Below, one piece after another: positions 40,721 to 52,074 of a stretch of 64,000 nt of DNA. This stretch comes from Tubiluchus corallicola. Lineage: Eukaryota; Animalia; Priapulida. A program made the position numbers and the translations under genes. The DNA is taken from contig JAQGDQ010000485.1 in the NCBI GenBank assembly GCA_030141605.1, positions 62,001 to 126,000 of the forward strand. The letters run 5' to 3'. The notes beneath the pieces are model-generated. The model saw nothing but the letters and a program-made list of their open reading frames with translations. It ran no database searches and was not told where the DNA came from. Numbering within the stretch: the first letter of the stretch is position 1; every line of letters starts with the position of its first letter.

Positions 40721-41059
40721 TACTATAGAATGAATTACAATACGAATTGAATGCTATTTGTACAGTGATAAAATTTTCTCAAAATGCTGTTTGCTCTAAC
40801 ATAGTAAATATTTCTTTATCTAATAATGTCAATGTCATCCCTATTATCTCTGGAAACTATGTGGCCAAGATACTTCTCCGTTTCGCACTTGTTGTATGTT
40901 TCTTACTAGTATGGAGAGGCAAAAAATACGGAGACAATGTTATTTTGGAATTATGTGGCAAGTTTTATCACTAATGTAGCTTTTTTTTTACTTTGCAAAA
41001 TTATTATCATGTAATTTTAGGTACCGACCGAAGGGTAAATCGTATTGGCTGAAATCACC

Positions 41060-42061
41060 ATGGAACCTACGATCTACTTCAAGTGCACAGCCTGTTCTGA
41101 ATGTTTCGTGTCAGAGGACATTTTCTTTGCGCACACCCGTACATGGCACTGTAAAATACTCGTTAGTGAAGGTCAAGATGCAGAGACATCTACGGACGAC
41201 TTTGAAGTATTCAGTGGTAAATGTAATTCAGATAACATTTATGACATTTCTTCCAATGACAGTATGACTGAGTGTACTACTATAAGTGGCAATGCGAGTC
41301 CCGATGTACATGTTACAAAACAGAACTTCATGGGAAATGCTGTACAGCAAGAATCTGTTTTAGAGGAAGACATTATGATTGATGGTATAGATGTCTACAA
41401 TGGTACAAGTTTTCAAACAAATACCGACACTACTGAATTACATAATCACGCCAGTGATGTCTCAAGTAACGAGGAAGAGTCGCAGAAATGTAATGATCCA
41501 TGCGAATTACATTATGTTAAGCAGGAGCAGTACCAATCGTGTCACGGAGAGCACAAAGTGTTGACACAAACGCTAAGCCAAATGGTATCTCAAGCATTTT
41601 CCAATCAGCTTGAAAATACAAAAATGCTGCAAAAAGTTCATTCGGCAAGAACTAATTGTGTCAGGAGAATGAAAAAACTGCAATGTAGCAGTGCAGTGCC
41701 CTTTGAAGGAAAGATTATGAAGCAGTGTGCTTATTTGTGTAGATTTTGCAGAAAAGCATTTAGATCTGCTGCACATGTTGAAATGCACGAACGAATACAC
41801 ACAGGTGAAAAACCTTACTTTTGCAACGTGTGTGGAAAGGGTTTCAGTCTTGAAGGTAACCTCAAAATTCACATGAGAATACACACGGGCGAGAAACCGT
41901 TCTCGTGTAATGTTTGTGAAAAAAGCTTTAATCTCAAAGGGAATCTGAAAACACACATGAGAGTTCACACTGGTGAGAAACCCTACGTGTGTTACGTGTG
42001 CCACTGGCGCTTTTCTCAATCATGTAATCTGAAGTCTCACATGAAAACACACTGCGATTGA
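41060..42061 (+). CDS. C2H2 zinc-finger protein, array copy 4 (4 fingers)
   Basis: The ORF track starts at TTG 41045, but a 5-nt insertion removed the first ATG, so the likely start is ATG 41060 (MEPTIYFK); acceptor ending at 41020. Confidence 0.92.
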   Translation: MEPTIYFKCTACSECFVSEDIFFAHTRTWHCKILVSEGQDAETSTDDFEVFSGKCNSDNIYDISSNDSMTECTTISGNASPDVHVTKQNFMGNAVQQESVLEEDIMIDGIDVYNGTSFQTNTDTTELHNHASDVSSNEEESQKCNDPCELHYVKQEQYQSCHGEHKVLTQTLSQMVSQAFSNQLENTKMLQKVHSARTNCVRRMKKLQCSSAVPFEGKIMKQCAYLCRFCRKAFRSAAHVEMHERIHTGEKPYFCNVCGKGFSLEGNLKIHMRIHTGEKPFSCNVCEKSFNLKGNLKTHMRVHTGEKPYVCYVCHWRFSQSCNLKSHMKTHCD

Positions 42062-42304
42062 ACGCCATTAATTTTGTGACTCAAATTTGTGAATGTGTAA
42101 ATCTGAACTGAACTGAAAATTTTATTAGGATTGTGTTTACAGTTTTTCTACATAAATGGAATCTGAAAGTACCAAGATTATCAACCGGAAAAAGGTGTGA
42201 GCTAGGCAGAACTGGCTTCACAAAGCGCAGATTGTGTGATGCTTTTCTATCTACCCGACAAACTCTGCTTTTTTGTTTTTAGGGACTGATATGAGGGTCT
42301 TTGC

Positions 42305-42665
42305 TAGGGGTGAGCATTCGAGTCAAACCGAACTTCAGTGTTTAGAATTTGAATCAAATTTGAATTACGATTGAAAGATTTTCAAACAAGTTTTCGAACC
42401 ACCAGTATAAAGTGGTCTTACAAGGCTCGCCCATATTACTCGATTTTGTTCTGCAGTAAAACCACTAATAATTTGTTTAAAAATGGTGCACAGAAATCAC
42501 AGCTAAACTGTGCTGAGTGCACGATGTTTCAAACGTTTTAATGATAAAGAACATATGTAGTTGAAGTGCTGAAATATTCGAATCTATAATTTTAGGTTTG
42601 AGTCGAATTCGAACGTTGGAATTCGATTCGATTTTTCGAACTCGAACGTTTGATGCTCACCCCTA
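42305..42665. mobile_element. hAT-type MITE
   Basis: TIR TAGGGGTGAGCAT / ATGCTCACCCCTA; TTCGA-rich subterminal motifs; degenerate TSD GTCTTTGC/ATCATTGC. Confidence 0.78.
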
Positions 42666-43180
42666 ATCATTGCATGTCATTGATTTGTAATCTTTCATTT
42701 ATGACTTTTGAGGATGCTAGTTGGACGGCGTTTCTGAGTTTTGATTTGGTTATTGTCCAAAAGTTCCGTTTAGTGTGCCATGTATTGCCGTAACATCATT
42801 TTATCTGGTGCATAACCATCTTTAGCTGTTTTGTTTCTGGTAGTCTCATGTACTAGGTTGTCTTATTTGCTTGCAATTATTTATGCACTTTGATTATTTT
42901 AAGGCAGTCAATTACTCGTCCAAAAAATTTGTGGTGATATGTACATTTCTGGCATACATTTTTATAATCATGTTTCGATTATGTGTAAAAATTTTTACTC
43001 TTTATAATATGTAACATATATACAGTTAGACATTTAAGGAAACCAATATGTATCGAAACACTTTTTTGTTTTCTGTATGATATTATCACTTTACGAATTA
43101 CAAATGTGAGAATTCGTACATGGGAACATTTTTTATATGTCGTACTAGTCGGTGAAGATTTGTACAACCTCACTACTTAA

Positions 43181-43695
43181 AGGAAAACCGGGCAATTGCA
43201 TAGAAGTTAGTTCAAAATAAAGTATGCTCTAACATGTTAAAAACTACAACAGCGTTCTTTAAATCGAAGCTTAGGTTAAGAATTAGTTTACCTCGGATAC
43301 TCAAATTTTGTTAAACTTTCAAAGCTACGTACCGCTTGGCAAATCCACTAAACTGGCAATGGCGCCCTTTTCTCAAGGCGCAGTATCGTTATAAGCAAGA
43401 TCATATTCGTGTGTGAGGTAAGTGGATGTAGAGCTCATTTTCGTGTTATCAGATCAGCGTCTTATAGAAATCTTCGCTTATGCAAGCTGATTATGCAGGA
43501 AGATGCCTGCCAGTGAACAAACTGTCGTTAGTTTGTGACATAAGCGATTGCGGTGTTTGGTTGCGGTAATTGTTAATTAACTATAAGGTAATTATTCATT
43601 TATTGGAAACAATTGCTAACTTTTATAGGCACAAAATGTATGTTTTGGACAGTAATTAAAATAAGATTGAGTCTAATAAATCCTCCGGTTTTCCT
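43181..43695. mobile_element. Kolobok-like MITE, older and diverged copy
   Basis: TTAA|AGGAAAACCGG ... CCGGTTTTCCT|TTGA; internal similarity to 45001-45518. Confidence 0.75.
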
Positions 43696-45000
43696 TTGAA
43701 AGACCTGTCAGAATAACAGCTGATTTAAACAGGTTATAGAGCAGTGTTTAGGCCTATAGTTAGCATGTAGTGGTATTTTAGCAACATTTGTTAATAGGAC
43801 CTATGATTTTAAGCTAGCAGCATGTTAAAAATTTTATGTATTTTGACTGAGTTAATGTAATGCTTTTACGTGAAGTTCTAAAAAATACATAAGATTTAAT
43901 GGTTTTAGTCTTCATTATTTGTGACAAAAAATAAGTAATTATAGTAACAAAGTTTCACGCATTTACAAAAATTGTTGTGGTGAATATGGCTTAAAAAAGT
44001 GCAAGGTTCTAACAAGATATATTATATATCTTATATATATAAATATAGTCTTATTATATATTGCAAAATGCACAAAGTACCATAATACTCATGAATTCAG
44101 TCGTCATGACTGAAAAATTATATAAACTGATATACATGTAATTAAACTTTTATAAAATGTATGGGCTTCTAAAGCTTGGAACGATGCCTTAAAATGGTTT
44201 AGTATCAATGCAATACAAATAGAATGCATGTTCCCAGGATTCACGGGGGAGAGAAGAACGTATCTTTGCTACGTTACACATGTAGCTTCAATGTCTGACT
44301 GTTCCTGCACGGTAAGTATGGTTACTTGGTGCAGACTTAGTGCAAATTAGTCAGCGTCAAGTGATAATTGTGTTGGCACCTTTCAAGTGTAGGGGTGGAG
44401 AAGGAAGGCGGTTTTCGTTTCGGAAAAGCTGATGCGTCACTAGTTCAGAGATGTAAGCGAAGGTTTCTGCGCTCGTTTGTGAATTTGTCGTTTTATTTGT
44501 TTTCGCGAGTACAAAGCATTATTAAATTTACAATTACTTTTACTAGTGCATTTTATGTGAATGAATTTGGACTTTAATGGCTTTATTTTTTATCGCAGAT
44601 ATAGTTCGACTGTATTAAGACAAAAATAAAAAACACATTAACTACAGCGTGTTTCCTTTTTATACCAAAACAAGAATTTTCAATTTGGAGACTGCCGTCT
44701 CGTCAAGAAAGGACGCTTGCACATTTTGTAAGTGCAACTATTGTGCCTGTCTTTCCAAAGTTATATTTATAATGTATCCTTAATAGTTAGGTATTTTAAA
44801 TTATGCATGAAACAAGGTAATTGATATTTTAAGTCCACTTAGAGGCTCTCTATGGTCACGAAATTGTAATTTGTTGCTGCGTACGGCCTGTTTCAGAGTT
44901 TTTTGCAATTTGTAATTCTCATCTCTGCTGTTAATAATGAATATAGTAATTCTATGCATTGGCTACTCAGAAATACAAATAAAAATGAGTAAACCATTAA

Positions 45001-45518
45001 AGGAAAACCGGATGATTGTGTTAACACGAGTTCAGAATAAAGAATACAATAGCTTTTTTTAAATCAATGCTTAGATTAAATAATAATTACCTCGGATACT
45101 CAAATTTCGTTAAACTTTCAAAGGTACCCGCGACTTAGTGAATCTACTAAGATTGGCAACGGCCCCTTTTTGTCACATTCGCATGGCCGATAAATAGAAG
45201 GCAGTACCGTGATAAGCATGATCATGAACTGCAGTGTTTGTTTCTGACGTCATATGACGTAGAGCCCGTTTTCGTGGCATCACGTGTTTAAGCAGTAACA
45301 CTTACGTAAACATGCTTGACACGCAAGTTAAGATGCCTGCCATTGCACAAACTGTGGTTAGTTTCTGATGTAAGCAATAGCTGTGTTAGGTTGCCGCTAA
45401 TTAACTTTCTAAGCTAATTATTTAAAATATAAGAAACAATTGCTAACTTTTATAGGCAAGAAAATGTGTATTTTGGGCGGTAAATTTAACTGAGCCTAAA
45501 CAATCGTCTGGTTTTCCT
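45001..45518. mobile_element. Kolobok-like MITE
   Basis: TTAA on both sides; TIR AGGAAAACC(G/A)GA(T/C)GATTG; AG termini with a TTAA TSD fit Kolobok rather than piggyBac. Confidence 0.82.
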
Positions 45519-45687
45519 TTAAACAAGATAGTAAAATTAAAGTTACGTATAAACTGTAAATAACAAATCACACACTCTAGCCTCATCAAACATGTTATTG
45601 TTTTCATTATCATACAGTAAATTGTCGCTAATAAAAACAACTTTAATCCTTGCATTATATGATTGTAATTATTATATTACCCTAAGT

Positions 45688-46254
45688 CAGTGGTTCTTAA
45701 CCTTGTTGGATGTACCGAACCCCACCAGTTTCATATGCGCATTCACCAAACCCCTCTTTAGTGAAAAATAAAATATGATTTTTTTCAAATTCAAGACATA
45801 GATATGTTTTTTACTGGTACACAAAATGAGCCGTGCATGAACATCACCTTGTTCAAAGAACAAAACCAACACAATGCATAAACTCACAACAAATTACATA
45901 CCTGCAAATCAGTGTGCTTCTGCTGTTGCCTTTGAGAGACCAGTTCAGATATGCGTGCCTTCACCTCAGCAAGTGCCACTCTCATGTCATTTTCACAGCA
46001 AAGTCTGTTCCTTTTCTTCGTTTTTATGTGTAGCATCCTCGAAAAGGATTGCTCACAAAGATATGTTGTAACAAATGGTATAAAAAAATCCAGGGCTTTC
46101 TTAGCAATAACTGGATACTTGTTCATTTGTCGACACCAAAACGTTGAGAGCGTTGTTATTCTGAAAAGTTGCTGTTGAACCTGGCTCTGCCGAACCCCTG
46201 AGATCGACTCACCGAACTCCTAGGGTTCGATCGAACCCAGGTTAAGAACCACTG
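45688..46254 (-). mobile_element. Internally deleted hAT (Buster/Charlie-type) transposon with a transposase C-terminal fragment
   Basis: TIR CAGTGGTTCTTAACCT; TSD CCCTAAGT/CCATAAGT; ORF 45884-46126 YPVIAKKALDFFIPFVTTYLCEQSFS...KTKKRNRL is the hAT dimerisation domain. Confidence 0.93.
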
Positions 46255-46789
46255 CCATAAGTACAATGAAAATAAGTTTTCTTTCACTACATTGTTGGCA
46301 CAGGCGTATAAGTATGTTTCCAACTGGCTTTAATTTATTATTTGGAGTCAAATTAATACAAGCTGCTATGCTTTAGTTGACTGATTCGTAACATGTTGCA
46401 TGAAGTTACATTGACCGAGGATTTTCAGCGCTTTTTTTAAATTTCTTCGGCAACTGAACATTGTATGAGGAGATGTTTGTGGAAATTAATTTTGCATTAG
46501 TTCACAAGGTTCTTCAAAGGTTATCTGGTTGTATCGAGGTTTTAATAGTTAATAATCAGTAAAACCGCTATCAAGAGCAAGATAATGCCCACAGAGAGCC
46601 ATAATCTTGTTTCTTGTCAACTTTGATCTATTTTACTGCGACGTGGAACAGGTGCTGACAGCACAATGTGGGCATAAATCGATTTGGGTTTACACGTTGT
46701 TCAGCCATTTGGACTAAATTCCTTTTAGCACAAACTTGTTTGCTAGGTTGTGTTTTCATTTGATATCAGTGGTGTTATAACATTCTGAT

Positions 46790-47164
46790 CATATTGAAAA
46801 CTGGAGCCTCGTCTGATCACCGAAGTTAAGCAACATAGAGCCTGGTTAGTACTTGGATTGGTGACCGCCTAGGAATACCGGGTGCTGTAGGCTTACGGGA
46901 TGCCCACACTGTATCTTGACACTAGCAGCCAATGGCTAGAGGGCGGAGGAGGTCAAGTGACTCAACAGTCTTGTGTAGAGGAGTAAACCTTCCTGATCAG
47001 GAGTGGAGCCCCGAAGGCGGACCAGTGCAGCATGCTCACTGACTCCGGCAGCTCCTGCAGCCAACCTGGTGCCAAACATATCGCTCCGCTTTCCTTTGGA
47101 CTACACCAGGGAGGAAGAGAGGGGGTTCCTGTTGTCTGGGCAACTCAGTATGCCAACAACAACA
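46790..47164 (+). mobile_element. 5S rRNA-derived SINE-like element
   Basis: 5S-derived head, GC-rich ~260-bp body and (AAC)n tail at 47154-47164; TSD not identified. Confidence 0.7.
46808..46894 (+). rRNA. 5S rRNA-derived sequence (5' part degraded; pseudogene or SINE head)
   Basis: CTCGTCTGATCACCGAAGTTAAGCAACATAGAGCCTGGTTAGTACTTGGATTGGTGACCGCCTAGGAATACCGGGTGCTGTAGGCTT matches the 3' three quarters of metazoan 5S rRNA; no oligo-T terminator follows. Confidence 0.9.
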
Positions 47165-47411
47165 ATGTAAATGTAAGCAAAAGTTTGTACACAAAACGAT
47201 ATGATTGTTTTGGTGCAATGAATGCAAAGGAGCCTCTTCAGAATAACAAATAAAAAACAGTATCATCAAAAGCAATACCACATATTTGTAAAAGATTTGA
47301 GAAGCAGCTTAGGAAGGTATCCAAGGACTATTTAGTAAGAACTACTATAGTGTCAACAAAGGGCTTGCACAAATTATTCAGTCCAGGGAAGGCACTAAAA
47401 CAGTTGATTTT

Positions 47412-47775
47412 TCTTGTGGAGATCGCTGGCGTCTATTAGAATTACATTGTAGAATGTTCCGTTGGAATGATCGTCTGACCGTGCGGAATGTTCTGGAACA
47501 AAGCTTCTAGAAACTTCTCGGGCATGCTATAGAAGGCAAAGCAGGCCGCTGAGAGGGGAGCACACTGATTCACACGGACGCCACTTACACATTCTCTTGT
47601 ATACTTGTATTTTCAGATACACTCAAACGTTTTCCAGATTTTCACGTTTACTGTAATCATTTCGCATTCCTTCATACTTATGTGTTGTAGAATTCTCGCT
47701 TAATAAACTAGTTCAATTTGACGAAGTGTTTTCTGGTTTTCTCTATGAGCCTTCTGAGAGAAACAAAACACAACA
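47412..47775 (+). mobile_element. Solo LTR, second copy
   Basis: TCTTGT (from TGTTGT)...ACAACA termini; 5-bp TSD ATTTT; internal AATAAA at ~47702; reverse complement of 39438-39808. Confidence 0.85.
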
Positions 47776-47815
47776 ATTTTGCAAGAAGGTATTTCTAATT
47801 TTACATAATATATAT

Positions 47816-47817
<2 letters not shown>

Positions 47818-47858
<41 letters not shown>
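47818..47858. repeat. (TA)n microsatellite
   Basis: About 20 TA units. Confidence 0.95.
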
Positions 47859-47863
<5 letters not shown>

Positions 47864-48136
47864 AGTACAGATACATTTTATCTATATATTTATTTATCTA
47901 ACGAGCCATTAATCACAGAAAAGGGGAAGTTAGAGCTCAGTATTCCACTTAAAATCAAGAATTTATAGTGAAGAATGTTATATTTTGAATTACTCAAATT
48001 ACTGAGCATGATTTGCACCTAGGACCTTCTTATTGGTGGTTAACTGTATTCTTATTGTTTCTGTAATAGCAAACAACCAAACTGGTTATAAAGACATTGT
48101 GAAACATGATAGCAAAGAAATGCTTTTGGTGGTCAC

Positions 48137-48563
48137 CAGGGGCGTATCAGGACTTTACGATGCCCTAGGCTGCTAGTTTTGTCCAGCCTATCTCTATTGT
48201 GAATTCATGGTTGTTTATCTAATAAGCAGATTAAACAATTACTTGTGGTGTATTAGAAACATTATTATCCTAGTTTCTACGTGGTCATTGTTAATTACAT
48301 CTACTTGCATAGCACTCGTATAAAAGCATGCCGCACAACTGTTTGTTGTGTAATACCTTGCACCTGTTCATTATGTGGCACTTATATAAAAACTTCTCTC
48401 AGTGACTGCTTGTGTGGTGTGTTATAAAATGTGATTATTTACATGAATATGAAAGAACACACATTTTTCGAGGAGAATAAGAACTTTTTCTAAAATATGA
48501 CACCCCTCAAACTTTGGCGCCCTAGGCTATAGCCTAGTTAGCCTATTGGTTAATACGCCCCTG
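48137..48563. mobile_element. hAT-like MITE just upstream of the ZNF copy 5 acceptor
   Basis: TIR CAGGGGCGTAT / ATACGCCCCTG; degenerate TSD GTGGTCAC/GCTGTTAC. Confidence 0.75.
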
Positions 48564-48647
48564 GCTGTTACATGGCATATAATTTGACTGAAAAGCTATG
48601 ATGTGATTTTAGGTTCTCACTGAGAAGTAAACCATTATTGAACAGCA

Positions 48648-49454
48648 ATGGAACCATTGGTCTACTTTAAATGCACAGCCTGTTCTGAATGTTTTGTTTC
48701 TGAGGACATTTTCTTTGCACACACCCGTACCTGGCATTGTAAGATCTTGATTAGTGAAGGTCAGGATGCGGAAACAGAGGATGAAGATGAATATTCTATC
48801 TGTGCTGGCGAGTTTGAAAGTGCAGCTGACGATAATTCTTGTACAATATCCAGTGCTTCTGTATGTGAGAAAATCATTGATTATACAGCTGGTGATTCTG
48901 AAAGTGACAAATACGTTGATCATAATAAGGAAAGTGATATTAAAAGTGAGCCAATGCCTCAATTCGGTGAGGATTTTCCAATTTTCGAGACTAATGCTCG
49001 AAGCAATGATCACAGTGCGGTATTAGATGATGGTCCAGCCAGCACCATAATAAATCAACTACATCTTTCTGACTTTTATTCAGGGGTGCGACATATTCAG
49101 GAGAAACCACATCAAATACCTGCTAGTCAGAGCAATGTTTTACCACAGATAACACTACACCAAAGTCAAAAGAAAATTAATAAAATATGCTACGCGAAAA
49201 AATTATTATCGTCTAAAGGACAGTCGGTAAAAACGACAATCGAACCATTCGGCTCGGCTGAAAAGCAGCCGCGAAAAGAGTCGGCTTATTTCTGTCGCTT
49301 TTGTCGGAGGCCATTTTGTGCGCCTGCACATCTAATACGACATGAACGAATTCACACAGGTGAAAAACCTTTTGTGTGCTCCGTGTGTCAGCGGGGTTTT
49401 GCCCAGGCGGGTAACTTAAAAGCTCACATGAAGACGCATCGTATGCCTGATTGA
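48648..49454 (+). CDS. C2H2 zinc-finger protein, array copy 5 (2 fingers)
   Basis: 268-aa ORF with the conserved N-terminal module; acceptor ATGTGATTTTAG ending at 48612. Confidence 0.92.
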   Translation: MEPLVYFKCTACSECFVSEDIFFAHTRTWHCKILISEGQDAETEDEDEYSICAGEFESAADDNSCTISSASVCEKIIDYTAGDSESDKYVDHNKESDIKSEPMPQFGEDFPIFETNARSNDHSAVLDDGPASTIINQLHLSDFYSGVRHIQEKPHQIPASQSNVLPQITLHQSQKKINKICYAKKLLSSKGQSVKTTIEPFGSAEKQPRKESAYFCRFCRRPFCAPAHLIRHERIHTGEKPFVCSVCQRGFAQAGNLKAHMKTHRMPD

Positions 49455-49526
49455 TGTTAGTGGTAATTAGTGGAGCAGTGTGGATTACTTGCATGGACCT
49501 TAAGGGAAAGGACAAGTCATTCAGCT

Positions 49527-50060
49527 TGTTGGGTTTATTTTACTGTTATCACTGTTAGAAAACTCTAACAAAGAAATTTGCAAAGAACTGCCCATATAGT
49601 ATAAACTTAAAATATACTACCTCTGAATAGAAATTTTCAGGCGCAGTGGTTGCCGCCATTCACTCGACAATCATGATGTAACTGGGAGACTTCGTGACTT
49701 TTTGTAAACTCGTCATGGCTTTCCGTAACCATGCGCTGCTTAAAACTGATTCAAACTTCTGCAGCTTACATAATGCTCATGAAAAAATATTACAAACTTA
49801 GCTTTGTAATTTCTTTGTAAAAACTTAATACACTTTTGGTGAAGATTGACAGTGCGCTACTTTTCTTCAAGACGAATGACGTAGCTGGAAGAAGAATGGG
49901 TATTGAAAATTGGAGCGCCCAAGCATGAAATGATCGCGACTTTAAAGTGATTTTACTAGTTACACAAGGCGCTTATTGCAGCTTTATTACTAAATCCTTT
50001 TAGCATTTTTTGTGAACATTGAAATGAGCGTAATCTCTTGGGAAGCTTGGCCTTTCCTTT
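49527..50060. repeat. Old interspersed repeat related to 24778-25260
   Basis: Shared GTTGGGTTTATTTTACTGTTATCA, CCGCCATTCACT, GAGCGCCCAA and AACATTGAAAT in the same order. Confidence 0.65.
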
Positions 50061-50195
50061 AAGTATGTGTGAACAGAACCATTATGAAAGTAACAACAGC
50101 AGTGTTTCAGTTGAAATAGAATCTTGTCAACTCTTATGTGCAGCTGAGCCTGTATGAAGTCATTAAATTATTTTTCATTTCTATGACTTTATTAA

Positions 50196-50728
50196 AGGAA
50201 GACCGGACGATTGTTTAGACTCAATCTCATTTTAATTTACTGTCCAAAATATACATTTTCGTGCCTGTAGAAGTTAACAATTGTTCCTTATATTTGAATA
50301 ATCAGCTTAGAAAGTTAATTAACGGCAACTGAACACGGCCATTGCTTACATCAAAAACTAACCACAGTTTGTGCAATGGCAGGTGCCTACCCTTGCGGGT
50401 CAAGCACGTTTGCGTAAGTGTTACTTCTTAAATGCATGATGTCACGAAAAATGGGCTTTACATCATATGACATCATGAAACTAACACAGCAGTTCATGGT
50501 CATGGTTATCACGGTACCGCCTTCTATTTGTCGTGACAAAAAGGCGCCGCTGCCAATCTTAGTAGATTCACTGAGCCGCTCGTAGCTTTGAAAGTTTAAC
50601 TAAATTTGAGTATCCGAGGTAATTATTATTTAATCTAAGCTTTGATTTAAAAAGAGATATTGTAGTTTTCAATATTTTAGAGCATTCTTTATTCTGAACT
50701 CGTGTTTACACAATCATCCGGTTTTCCT
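50196..50728. mobile_element. Kolobok-like MITE, opposite orientation to 45001-45518
   Basis: TTAA|AGGAAGACCGGACGATTG ... CAATCATCCGGTTTTCCT|TTAA. Confidence 0.85.
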
Positions 50729-51048
50729 TTAAGGATTTTAGGAAAATGAATCTTTTTTTCTGTTTTTGTTCAGTGCCTCGCTTTCCGGCATTTCACAATT
50801 AATTTATTAATCCTGTGACTTAATGTGTACAAAGCTGAATGCAAATTTAAACTATTTTTGTAATGTATAAAATTCAATAAAACAATCTAATTTCTTAATT
50901 TAATCTGTTAGTATCTTTGCAAATAAGAATAGAACAAAATAGATCACCGGAAAGTTTAAAATATCACATGAACCTAAACTGTCCTTTGTACTGCTTTCAC
51001 ATGCATTTTAGGTTTTTCTTGGTGAATAAAGATTGATGAACAAACACA

Positions 51049-52074
51049 ATGGAGCCAATGATTTACTTCAAATGTACAGCTTGTTCTGAGTGTTTTATGT
51101 CAGAGGATATTTTTTTTGCACACACCCGTACCTGGCACTGTAAAATACTAATTAGTGAAGGTCAGGATGCATATACCTCTACCTTGCATAGAGCCGGATC
51201 AGTTTTTGACGCGAAGACTTACATTTCCACTGAGGAGAGTTTTCATGCAAAAAATGACATTTATAGATCCAGTGGTGTTCAAGCTAATGAAGAGAAAAGC
51301 AGATGTACACCGGCAGTTTCGACTGACCTTCGTGGTACCCCCCATTCTCTCCTTGATGAAGGTACTTTAAAAGTGGAGCCAAGCTCTGAACTTGATTACT
51401 GTTTAATGGCAGGAAGTGGGAGTGCAAGCGAAATGGTAAGTTCGCTAAATTATGCCAGCAGCATTACTGTAAGTAATGTAGCGTGGAAACAATCACCTCG
51501 TCTTTTGTCAAGTGAATCATCTGTTTATCAGGCCGCACGGGGAAAGGTTTTTTCCCAGGAAGTAAATCAGACATCAGAAAATAAAGTGAAACAGTGGGAT
51601 AAGAAAAGTGTGCTTGGTAAAGCAAAGATGTTCAAAGATCAGTACAGTACAAGCAGAATGCAACCTTCTCCAAGAGCAGATTTTTCGCAGCCAAACAAAG
51701 AAGTGCATATTGAAACGCAAAGACCTAAGAGAAGGACAGTGTATATCTGTCACGTTTGTGGTAAAGCGTTCAGATCAGCTGCTCTTGTTGACCAACATGG
51801 ACGCATTCATACAGGTGAAAAACCTTACTCCTGTGATGCGTGCGGAAAAAAGTTTACTTTTGAGTGGAACCTAAAAACTCACACTAGAATTCACACCGGT
51901 GAAAAACCATATTCCTGTCACGTGTGTGGAAAAAGTTTTGCTGTAGTGTCCAACTTGAGAGCCCACGTGAAAATTCACACAGGTGAAAAACCTTTTACAT
52001 GTTCAGTTTGTGAAAAAGGTTTTACTCAGAATCGTGACTTAAATAAACACTTGCTGATACACAGTAATTTCTGA
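51049..52074 (+). CDS. C2H2 zinc-finger protein, array copy 6 (4 fingers)
   Basis: 341-aa ORF with the conserved N-terminal module and four fingers with TGEKP linkers; acceptor ATGCATTTTAG ending at 51011. Confidence 0.93.
   Translation: MEPMIYFKCTACSECFMSEDIFFAHTRTWHCKILISEGQDAYTSTLHRAGSVFDAKTYISTEESFHAKNDIYRSSGVQANEEKSRCTPAVSTDLRGTPHSLLDEGTLKVEPSSELDYCLMAGSGSASEMVSSLNYASSITVSNVAWKQSPRLLSSESSVYQAARGKVFSQEVNQTSENKVKQWDKKSVLGKAKMFKDQYSTSRMQPSPRADFSQPNKEVHIETQRPKRRTVYICHVCGKAFRSAALVDQHGRIHTGEKPYSCDACGKKFTFEWNLKTHTRIHTGEKPYSCHVCGKSFAVVSNLRAHVKIHTGEKPFTCSVCEKGFTQNRDLNKHLLIHSNF

Noticed and set aside
41573-42019. Antisense ORFs over the finger arrays (also 7615-7839, 12191-12427, 59681-59986)
   Set aside because: Typical shadow ORFs of C2H2/TGEKP codon patterns, with no independent support.
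46808-46894. Functional 5S rRNA gene
   Set aside because: The 5' ~30 nt are degraded, there are internal substitutions, no oligo-T terminator follows, and it is a single copy fused to a SINE-like body.
46992-47020. Hammerhead ribozyme core in the SINE body (CTGATCAG...CGAAG)
   Set aside because: It does not match the CUGANGA/GAAA consensus, and flanking stems were not evident.
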